Shown here piece after piece: positions 26,349 to 34,044 of a DNA stretch of 54,076 nucleotides. The position numbers were made by a program, and so were the translations under genes. A model generated the notes under the pieces. It worked only from the letters and a program-made list of their open reading frames with translations, did no database searches and was not told the DNA's origin. Positions within the stretch are counted from its first letter, which is position 1. Each line of letters begins with the position of its first letter. The DNA comes from Candidatus Poseidoniaceae archaeon. Its GTDB lineage: Archaea; Thermoplasmatota; Poseidoniia; Poseidoniales; Poseidoniaceae. The DNA lies in assembly GCA_049623485.1 (NCBI GenBank), contig JBMZTB010000003.1:1-54076 (forward strand). Direction: 5' to 3'.

Positions 26349-26969
26349 TCATTCAGATGAAAGTTTTCTGATGTCTGCGGCGACGCTTTCTGAATCCCAT
26401 TCTGATTGAAGCCACTGTACTCGAACATCACGGTCGACATCAACAAGGACCGCATGTACTGTGTGAGTTACTGTGTAATTCATCAAATGGATTGAACAAC
26501 GAGCAAGAGAATCTGTCAGATTCGCAGATACCTCCACAGAGGTGCCGAAGGATGCCCAAACTGATTCGATCATTTCAAGTTCAGAATTGATATTGCTAAC
26601 AGTAAGGTGTGGCCATTCAACACTGTTGTTTCTTTTGTAGTGGTAGAGTCGGTTACTATCATCGTGCCATGGATCTGTTGTAATAGTGAGAAGAGAGACT
26701 TTTTGCTGTTCTTGAGATGAAAGAAGATTGTATGTTTCATTCATAGACGTGGATAAATCATCACATTCGTTAAGACAAGATGTGTGAATAAAGCCGACCA
26801 TAATTACGTCTGAATCGACCATTGACAGATTGAATTTATCTCCATTTTCGTCGAATAATTCGAAAGGAGAGATTGGTTTTGGCTCCAATGTGTTGCCATA
26901 GAAATCGGTCGTTCCGATGCATCCTGAACACAGCATCGCCACTGTCATCGCAGCAATCAGTATACGCAT
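26349..26969 (-). CDS. SCO1/SenC-type thioredoxin-fold copper chaperone, putative lipoprotein
   Basis: CxxxC in 'FIHTSCLNECDD' plus a downstream His ('YTVTHTVHAVLVD'). Signal peptide has a lipobox-like 'MLCSGCIG'. Confidence 0.65.
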   Translation of the reverse strand: MRILIAAMTVAMLCSGCIGTTDFYGNTLEPKPISPFELFDENGDKFNLSMVDSDVIMVGFIHTSCLNECDDLSTSMNETYNLLSSQEQQKVSLLTITTDPWHDDSNRLYHYKRNNSVEWPHLTVSNINSELEMIESVWASFGTSVEVSANLTDSLARCSIHLMNYTVTHTVHAVLVDVDRDVRVQWLQSEWDSESVAADIRKLSSE

Positions 26970-26973
26970 AGTT

Positions 26974-29295
26974 TCACTTCTTACGACGTTTTATTCCTGC
27001 GCCGATTAAAGCCAAGAAAAGAATTGAAAAACTCACATCAACAATGAATTCTTCGATTTCATAGTGATCAATGAGATAATCCATTTCTGGAGCGAAGGAG
27101 TACAGTATCGCTCCACCACCAGGTGGTCCTCCGCCACCTCCGCCGCCACCGCCTTGGCCGCCTCCAACGTCCTGGCCAGCGACGTCCGCAACGCCGTGAT
27201 AGCAGAGAAGGAAGTATGGGAATCCAATCATCCCCACAGTTTGTCCATTGGTATCGGTTACCATAGTTGGAGAACCAGAGAGAGGGGTGCTGACATAGTG
27301 ATAAATTCCATCAGGATATTCTGGAGTTGGTCCAAATCGTCCATTGCATTCGTCTAGGTCGCCGACCCCATCAACATAATTCCAATCATCAATTCCATTG
27401 TAGCCTTGATCGCCTCCTTCTTGAGTGCGCTCAATTGCATAAGAAGATGTGATTGCTTTCAATGAGGTTTGATCGTCGTTGTAGCCATACATCCCGTAAA
27501 TGGGATAGCCATCAAATGCCCATCCAATAATTGGACTGTGTTCATCACTCTTGATCTTTGAAGGGTCGTAATCTTCCATTGTCTCCCCGGCTTCAGGTTC
27601 CCAATACACACAGTTTGCGTCATAGTGGTAATGGTAGCCCCCTTGGCCAGCAGAGTGTCCTGTACACCATCCAAGAGTTATTGGCTGTCGGTTTTCGGTG
27701 AAATATTCGAAGTGAAGTGCAACTGCATCTCCCCCTGGTCCTTCCTCTGGACCAAAGATTGGAGCACCATTGACTGACATCGCAACAGTTCCTCGGTCTG
27801 GAACACATTCCCAACGCCCCGCTGAAGCTGGGCAGTTTGTTGTATCGTGCCCTCCTGTAGTGTCATTAACTGGATTTAGAGGAAACGTCGCCGTGTAGTC
27901 CATCTCCGGAGCGCAACAACCCATTGTGCTCAAGAAATCGTGATTTGGAATTCCATTACTATCAACAATCATTTCGTTGTTTTGAACCGTAACAGAGACT
28001 TCGCATTGGAACCATGGCCCGGAACCGCCCCCCCCTGGGCTGCTCACGCCGTTTGTGTTTGCAGTGTATCCGTTTCCATCCCCGTTGAAATCCTTGACCC
28101 ATGGGCCTTGTCCATCCGTACACATCCATGAGTCCTCGGGTGCCCAATCAGGCAATGTGCAACCATCTGGACCGACTTGTTCACCGGAAGGTGTATTGGG
28201 GCATTGGTCAATATCATCAGAAATTCCATCGCCATCCGTATCCTTTTGTGAATCTGAACAGCCAGAAGAATCGACTTGTTCGCCCAGCGGCGTGTTTGAA
28301 CATTGGTCAACTGCGTTACTTACTCCATCATTATCAGCATCGAGCTGGTATTGTGAACATCCATCGGGATTGACTGCTCTGTTTAGTTCTGTATCAGGAC
28401 ACAAATCGACATCATTCATGACGCCGTCTTGGTCAGAATCCGTCTCTGAATCAGAACATCCAGTTCCATAAACTGGCTCATCGCTTGGTGTGGCATCGCA
28501 ATCATCGTTCAAATCTGGGATACCATCGTTGTCTGAATCGGTTGAAGATGGTGTCACTGGAAGATCTACACGTAGTGTTTGAGAGGATATTGTATAAAGT
28601 CCACAATCGGCAATAATATCGCCTTCAGTGTTCGTCGTAGAAACATCAAACAGAATCGAATAAGTTCCCGTTGTTGTGTTCACTTCTCCGATGATTGAAT
28701 TTGAAGAGCTTACTCCAAGAGGGTGATACTTGATTGAGCAGGTCTCTGGGAATTGATGTAGAATTGCCCCCGAGATGAGACCTATTGTCTCGTTCTCCGC
28801 AGGCTCTGTCCAAGAAAATACCACATCTACATCTCGTTCATCAGGAACATTGACAATGTATTCAATAAGCCGCTCAACGCTTGCTGATTCTGAATCTGTG
28901 GCCTGAACTCGTACAAGCCATTGGCCTGGTTCCGATTCGGAGAATTCAACCTCCCAGAAACCATTCCCTTCAGTTTGAGTTGTTATCGTTGCAAGATATG
29001 GAGAGAAATCTTGGTTGAGCATAGTGATTTCAAGCGATACACTCGAAGGGGCTTCATCCACAACATATCCTTGGAGGGTATGGTTTACTCCAGTCCAATC
29101 TGATGTTCGGTTTTCCACTAAGATTGTTGGTTCAACATTCTCTGGCGGGATTTGAATCCCTCCTTGATCAACCTCATCATTCTGTGATTCTGTATCGTTT
29201 TTTGATTCTTCATCATTTGAGGATAAGGCAAAGACTGCGATTGATGCACCTACGAGAAGCGCCATCAAAATGACCGAAGCAAGTTTGTTATCCAT
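26974..29295 (-). CDS. Surface protein: Ig-like N-terminal region, thrombospondin-type-3-like repeats, YHYH domain, poly-Gly linker and C-terminal TM anchor
   Basis: Repeats read 'DSDNDGIPDLNDDCD', 'DSDQDGVMNDVDLCPDT', 'DADNDGVSNAVDQC' and 'DTDGDGISDDIDQCPNT'. YHYH motifs are 'GQGGYHYHYDANC' and 'DGIYHYVS'. The linker is 'GGGQGGGGGGGGGPPGGG' and the anchor is 'FSILFLALIGAGIKRRKK'. Confidence 0.75.
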   Translation of the reverse strand: MDNKLASVILMALLVGASIAVFALSSNDEESKNDTESQNDEVDQGGIQIPPENVEPTILVENRTSDWTGVNHTLQGYVVDEAPSSVSLEITMLNQDFSPYLATITTQTEGNGFWEVEFSESEPGQWLVRVQATDSESASVERLIEYIVNVPDERDVDVVFSWTEPAENETIGLISGAILHQFPETCSIKYHPLGVSSSNSIIGEVNTTTGTYSILFDVSTTNTEGDIIADCGLYTISSQTLRVDLPVTPSSTDSDNDGIPDLNDDCDATPSDEPVYGTGCSDSETDSDQDGVMNDVDLCPDTELNRAVNPDGCSQYQLDADNDGVSNAVDQCSNTPLGEQVDSSGCSDSQKDTDGDGISDDIDQCPNTPSGEQVGPDGCTLPDWAPEDSWMCTDGQGPWVKDFNGDGNGYTANTNGVSSPGGGGSGPWFQCEVSVTVQNNEMIVDSNGIPNHDFLSTMGCCAPEMDYTATFPLNPVNDTTGGHDTTNCPASAGRWECVPDRGTVAMSVNGAPIFGPEEGPGGDAVALHFEYFTENRQPITLGWCTGHSAGQGGYHYHYDANCVYWEPEAGETMEDYDPSKIKSDEHSPIIGWAFDGYPIYGMYGYNDDQTSLKAITSSYAIERTQEGGDQGYNGIDDWNYVDGVGDLDECNGRFGPTPEYPDGIYHYVSTPLSGSPTMVTDTNGQTVGMIGFPYFLLCYHGVADVAGQDVGGGQGGGGGGGGGPPGGGAILYSFAPEMDYLIDHYEIEEFIVDVSFSILFLALIGAGIKRRKK

Positions 29296-29381
29296 GGCCT
29301 TTTTCGAACTGCAATAGCATTTAATGTTGTTTCAATTTTGTGTGGCAAGAGTTCACAAACCTAAGACTGTAGCAAGGATTC

Positions 29382-31160
29382 ATGGAAGCAATAGAGAAGC
29401 CTCTACGTAGTATTCTCAAGCGTTCAGATGCCCCAAAGGGAAAGATTCGCCTTGCCATACTTTGTTCCATTTTGAATAAAATTTGGGATTTAGCTCCACC
29501 TCTCCTCATTGGTGTTGCAGTTGATGTTGTAGTCCAGAAGGAGGATTCACTGCTTGCAGACTGGGGAGTCATTGACCCTTGGAATCAACTTCTTGTGCTT
29601 GCAGTCGCCACATTTGTAATATGGGGATTGGAATCTCTGTTCGAGTATTTTTACGCTATATTATGGAGAAATTTGGCGCAGACTGTCCAACACAACTTGC
29701 GTCTTGTGACCTTTGATCACGTTCAGCATCAAGCCATGTCTTGGTTTGATGAACATCAGAAAGGAGACCTCCTCGCCGTTATGAACGATGATGTTAACCA
29801 ATTAGAGCGGTTTCTCGACAAGGGCGCTAATGATCTCTTACAGGTGACAACGACCGTGATTGTTGTTGGTTCTGTCTTCCTCTTCTTGTCTTGGGAAATA
29901 GCCCTCTTTGCTGTTCTTCCAATCCCTGTGATTCTGTGGGGTTCGTTCCTATACCAGAAAAAACTCCAATCACGTTACCAAGAAGTTCGTCATACTGCTG
30001 GCCAATTGAATGCTCTACTTGAGAATGATTTGACTGGGATGGCAACCATCCAATCCTTCACAAGTGAAGAGAGAGAATTGCAACGAGTTGAGGCGTTGTC
30101 AGAATCATACAGAAGCGCAAACAAATCTGCCATTCGTCTCTCGGCAGCATTCGTCCCCCTGATTCGAATGGCCATTTTAGCTGGCTTTACTGCAACATTA
30201 CTGCTTGGAGGTAAATTGGCTCTAGATGGAGTCCTTGCCGTTGGAGCCTACTCTGTTCTTGTATTCATGACGCAACGCTTGCTATGGCCTCTTACACGAC
30301 TTGGTGAAACCTTTGACTTGTATCAAAGAGCCATGGCGTCCTCTGTAAGAATCCTCACTCTTCTCGAGCGCCCAAGTTCTATTGAAGATGGGAAGCGAAT
30401 ATTTGTCCGAGATATTGCAGGAAAGAGTTCTATCCATTTCAACGACGTATCGTTTGCTTATCCAGATCGTGATGAGTTGTTTACAGATTTCAGTATGGAT
30501 ATTGAGGCAGGGACAACAATTGGAGTTGTAGGTTCAACAGGTTCTGGAAAAACAACACTTACGAGGTTTTTACTTCGGTTTGCTGAACCTTCGAAAGGCA
30601 CAATATCATGGGGCGAACATTCAATCTCGGATTATACGCTCACGTCCCTTCGAGATTCGATCGCTTTAGTCTCTCAGCATGTTACTCTTTTTCCAACAAC
30701 AATTCGCGAGAATATTCGTTATGGAAAAGAAGATGCAACGGATAATGAAATCGAAGATGCTGCAATCATTGCAGAAGCATTTGAGTTCATAGAGGCGCTT
30801 CCTAAGGGGTGGGAAACACTGGTTGGAGAAGGAGGATATCGTCTTTCTGGGGGACAGAGACAACGTATCGCTATCGCTCGAGCTATTCTCAAGGATGCTC
30901 CTTTGCTCATTTTAGATGAGGCGACATCTGCTGTAGATAATGAAACAGAAGCTGCTTTACAAAGAAGTATTTCCAAAATTAGCCGAGATCGAACAACCAT
31001 GATTGTTGCCCATAGATTATCCACCGTTCGAAATGCGAACAAAATTGTGGTGTTCGAAAATGGGTCCATAATTGAACATGGTACGCATGACGAACTTGTG
31101 ACTTTGGATGGCAAATACGCTGCACTGTGGCGTGTTCAGACAGGAATTATTGGCTCTTAG
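29382..31160 (+). CDS. ABC exporter, fused permease-ATPase half-transporter (ABCB/MsbA-like)
   Basis: Six N-terminal TM helices. Walker A 'VGSTGSGKTTL', signature 'LSGGQRQRIAIARA', Walker B 'LILDEATSAVD' and H-loop 'VAHRL'. Confidence 0.88.
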   Translation: MEAIEKPLRSILKRSDAPKGKIRLAILCSILNKIWDLAPPLLIGVAVDVVVQKEDSLLADWGVIDPWNQLLVLAVATFVIWGLESLFEYFYAILWRNLAQTVQHNLRLVTFDHVQHQAMSWFDEHQKGDLLAVMNDDVNQLERFLDKGANDLLQVTTTVIVVGSVFLFLSWEIALFAVLPIPVILWGSFLYQKKLQSRYQEVRHTAGQLNALLENDLTGMATIQSFTSEERELQRVEALSESYRSANKSAIRLSAAFVPLIRMAILAGFTATLLLGGKLALDGVLAVGAYSVLVFMTQRLLWPLTRLGETFDLYQRAMASSVRILTLLERPSSIEDGKRIFVRDIAGKSSIHFNDVSFAYPDRDELFTDFSMDIEAGTTIGVVGSTGSGKTTLTRFLLRFAEPSKGTISWGEHSISDYTLTSLRDSIALVSQHVTLFPTTIRENIRYGKEDATDNEIEDAAIIAEAFEFIEALPKGWETLVGEGGYRLSGGQRQRIAIARAILKDAPLLILDEATSAVDNETEAALQRSISKISRDRTTMIVAHRLSTVRNANKIVVFENGSIIEHGTHDELVTLDGKYAALWRVQTGIIGS

Positions 31161-31171
31161 ATAATCGCACG

Positions 31172-31192
31172 CGAAAACGAAAGTATATATTC
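31172..31192 (+). promoter_or_regulatory. BRE/TATA-like promoter element of the opsin gene
   Basis: Purine-rich 'CGAAAACGAAA' is followed by 'GTATATATT' (31183-31191). It is centred ~25 nt upstream of the ATG at 31212, which suggests a leaderless or near-leaderless transcript. Confidence 0.4.
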
Positions 31193-31211
31193 TCAACAAA
31201 ATTGTTACACC

Positions 31212-32150
31212 ATGAGTAACATGCTAAATCATAGCGATACTAAACTACGAAGCCTGAAGTTAAACCGTCGTAACAGCGTTCTATTTGCTGTTCTGATGCT
31301 TTCACTTACTGCAGTTGCCATGCCAGCAGCAGCAGAAATAATTAATCCATCCGCAGAGTGTAAAACAAATGAGCTCACTGGAGAGGAAGAATGTCCATTT
31401 TTGAACGACGGAAGTAACGACGGTCTTGAACTTGTCACTTTCTTCCTCTTCTTCGTTGGTTACATCTCAATGGGTGCAGCTTTCGTCTTCTTCATGAGTG
31501 AAAGAAGCAACGTCGCTAAGGAATACAGAACAACCATGACAATCTCTGCATTGATTGTTGGTATTGCTGCATTCCACTACTACTACATGCGTGGTGTTTA
31601 CGTCGACCATCAAGTCGTATCTGTTGAGTACCGTTACATGGACTGGATCATTACAGTTCCGTTGATGGCTCTCAAGTTCCCAAGCCTTGTCGGCAAAGAT
31701 GCAATCACTGACGCCAAGTTCGCCGGACTTGGCTTCACTGGTATCTGCTTCACAGGTGCTCTCATCATGATTGGATTCGGATATGTCGGAGAAGCTGGTC
31801 TCATGGACGGTTACCTCGCACTCATCCTCGGAGGAGTCGGTTGGGCTATGATTATGGTCGCTACAGGTCTTCCATTCGGTCTCTATGACGGTCTTGGTGT
31901 TGATAACAGCAAGATCAAAGACGAACTCAAGTGGAGTACTGATGCACTTCGAACATTCATCCTCGTTGGATGGATCATTTACCCACTCGGTTACCTCTTC
32001 AGCCCAGAAGTCGATATCATTGATATCGGTGCCAAAGGAGAACTTTGGATGGGTATTGCATACAACATTGCTGACATGATCAACAAGATCGGTTTCGGTG
32101 TAGTTGCATGGATGGGAGCCAAGAAGGCTACCGAAGCATTGAACGCTTGA
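31212..32150 (+). CDS. Proteorhodopsin-type microbial rhodopsin (D-T-K helix-C motif, Met tuning residue)
   Basis: Helix C 'RYMDWIITVPLMALKF' aligns without gaps to proteorhodopsin 'RYIDWLLTVPLLICEF'. Helix B is 'FHYYYMRG'. Helix G 'AYNIADMINKIGFG' carries counter-ion D288 and Schiff-base K292 (AAG at 32085-32087). D144 is GAC at 31641, T148 is ACA at 31653, M152 is ATG at 31665 and K155 is AAG at 31674. Confidence 0.9.
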   Translation: MSNMLNHSDTKLRSLKLNRRNSVLFAVLMLSLTAVAMPAAAEIINPSAECKTNELTGEEECPFLNDGSNDGLELVTFFLFFVGYISMGAAFVFFMSERSNVAKEYRTTMTISALIVGIAAFHYYYMRGVYVDHQVVSVEYRYMDWIITVPLMALKFPSLVGKDAITDAKFAGLGFTGICFTGALIMIGFGYVGEAGLMDGYLALILGGVGWAMIMVATGLPFGLYDGLGVDNSKIKDELKWSTDALRTFILVGWIIYPLGYLFSPEVDIIDIGAKGELWMGIAYNIADMINKIGFGVVAWMGAKKATEALNA

Positions 32151-32193
32151 TTGTGTGATTTGTCCTCAGCATGTCATGATTGGAAGAGGGTGC

Positions 32194-33201
32194 TTAGGCA
32201 CCCTCTTCCTCTCTTTGATGAGTCATATTACGCATTGCATTCTCGAGTGAATACCTTGGTATTCTTGCCTGGTGAGCAACGCTAAGAGGCCACCACAGCA
32301 ACGTATAACCTAAGGTAAGTACGCTTGCAGAATAGAGATTAAGATCCACATCAGCAAACACGCTTAACGGAATAAAATGAAGAACATAGAGCGTCAACGA
32401 TAATCTCCCTAAATGATGGAGACCAATCATTGATTGCCTGTTTTCGAGCATTGTCCAAATGAGAAGCACGCCTGAAAAAGCTGCTATCAAGAAAGCGCTA
32501 TTTGCTGGGAAGAAGGTCAACATCGCTTCACCAACTGGTTGTGCAAATGGAATATCATCTTGCACTGATCTGTATAGGAAATATGCGCTAACAAGAACCC
32601 CTCCCGATCCAAGAGCCAATAGAGTTCTCTGGGAAGGCTTGTGATTGTTAAGTGATGCACCGATGATGGAAAACATAACCCAAGGCAGGAACGGATATGT
32701 CCCTGTTAGGAGAAGATGTTTGATGTGTTCTAGTATCCCTCCAACGTATGTTCTCTCGTCCCAGGTTAACGCCTCATGAACTGAGAGAAGGTTGTGGTTG
32801 AGTACTAGGAGGCTTATTCCAACAAGGATTGTTATCTGCAGGTTCTGGCTAATCCGCACCCACAAAGGTGCTGTGAGATAGAGCAGAGCAAACAATGTAA
32901 GCACTCCTGGAGAGTACAGACCAAACCGTTGGGATGCAGAAACATTCACTGCAATTTGAGCTGCATAAAGAAAGACAAATCGAATAAGGGCTTTTCGTAG
33001 TGTCCAATTCGATTGAACCGTTACCCAACCACCAACTGTAACGAATAATGGTGCAGCAAGCCCACCTAGACCTGCTATAACCAACGCAAGGAGGTTTGTT
33101 GTTGAAGCATCGGAAGGAGCCCATGTCGCTGCAGAATGCACCATGACCATGAGCAGAATTGCAACACCACGTAATTGGTCGATGTCTTGACGACGACTCA
33201 T
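32194..33201 (-). CDS. DUF1624 / heparan-alpha-glucosaminide N-acetyltransferase-like integral membrane acyltransferase
   Basis: N-terminal 'RRQDIDQLRGVAILLMVMVHS' followed by ~10 hydrophobic helices. Confidence 0.6.
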   Translation of the reverse strand: MSRRQDIDQLRGVAILLMVMVHSAATWAPSDASTTNLLALVIAGLGGLAAPLFVTVGGWVTVQSNWTLRKALIRFVFLYAAQIAVNVSASQRFGLYSPGVLTLFALLYLTAPLWVRISQNLQITILVGISLLVLNHNLLSVHEALTWDERTYVGGILEHIKHLLLTGTYPFLPWVMFSIIGASLNNHKPSQRTLLALGSGGVLVSAYFLYRSVQDDIPFAQPVGEAMLTFFPANSAFLIAAFSGVLLIWTMLENRQSMIGLHHLGRLSLTLYVLHFIPLSVFADVDLNLYSASVLTLGYTLLWWPLSVAHQARIPRYSLENAMRNMTHQREEEGA

Positions 33202-33207
33202 TGAATC

Positions 33208-34044
33208 TCACCGTTGACTTCGAACGTATTCAACGGCATTTCTGAAGATCTGCAGGCCTGATCCTTCCCATTCATCCTCATCGAGTTTCATTGACGTGTG
33301 TTCTGGATGAAGCCACATTGTGTAGAATGCTTCTGGGTGAGGCATCAATCCAAAGACGAGGCCAGTTGGATCACAAATTCCAGCGATGTTACGCATGCTT
33401 CCATTTGGGCTCAAAGGGAATGGGAGTAAGTCATCTGAAAGCCCAGACCCAGATTCGGTTGATGGATCGACATAGCGGACAGTTATCTGATGGTTGGTTG
33501 AAAGATGATCCAGTTCAGCATCCGTTGGCATAACAAAGCGTCCTTCTCCGTGACGAACTGGGCATTCGATTCGCTGAATCCCTTTTGTCCAAATACATGG
33601 GCTTTCTGAATCAAACTCCAACGTGACCCATCGATCCTCATATCGCCCAGTATTGTTGAGAGTCAAACTTGCTCGTTGAATTAAATCCGGCTCTAGTGAC
33701 GCGTTTTCCGGGCCAGGCAAAAGCCCCGTCTTGACCAAGGCTTGAAATCCATTACAAATCCCAATGATTGGTTTTCCTGAATTGACGAACTTTTGTAATT
33801 GATCCCGAAGAGCGAAACGAAGTCGGTTTCCTAGTAGGCGTCCACTGCCAAGGTGATCCCCAAAGGAAAAACCACCTGGGACTGCTAAAATGTCGAATTC
33901 TTCCAAACTACGATTGCCTCGTACAAGATGATTGACGTGAAGGCGTTCTGAGGTGCCCCCAACCATATCGAATACTGCTGCTGTTTCACGATCACAATTG
34001 ATACCAAAACCGAAGAGTACTGCTACACGTACATTGTCGCTCAT
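33208..34044 (-). CDS. purQ: Phosphoribosylformylglycinamidine synthase, glutaminase subunit PurQ
   Basis: Nucleophile elbow 'IIGICNGFQAL', 'PGGFSFGD' and 'LMPHPEAF'. Its ATG directly abuts the purL stop. Confidence 0.9.
   Translation of the reverse strand: MSDNVRVAVLFGFGINCDRETAAVFDMVGGTSERLHVNHLVRGNRSLEEFDILAVPGGFSFGDHLGSGRLLGNRLRFALRDQLQKFVNSGKPIIGICNGFQALVKTGLLPGPENASLEPDLIQRASLTLNNTGRYEDRWVTLEFDSESPCIWTKGIQRIECPVRHGEGRFVMPTDAELDHLSTNHQITVRYVDPSTESGSGLSDDLLPFPLSPNGSMRNIAGICDPTGLVFGLMPHPEAFYTMWLHPEHTSMKLDEDEWEGSGLQIFRNAVEYVRSQR

Noticed and set aside
27118-27170. GC-rich simple-sequence run (CCGCCACCTCCGCCGCCACCGCC...), considered as a repeat or G-quadruplex element
   Set aside because: It is simply the coding sequence of the poly-Gly/Pro linker 'GGGQGGGGGGGGGPPGGG' in the YHYH protein. 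It has only GG tracts, not GGG runs.
31212-32150. Opsin as a sensory rhodopsin, chloride pump or sodium pump
   Set aside because: The helix-C motif is D-T-K, not NTQ or NDQ. No transducer (htr-like) gene is adjacent. The carboxylate acceptor, the counter-ion and the proteorhodopsin-type His are all present, which favours a proton pump.
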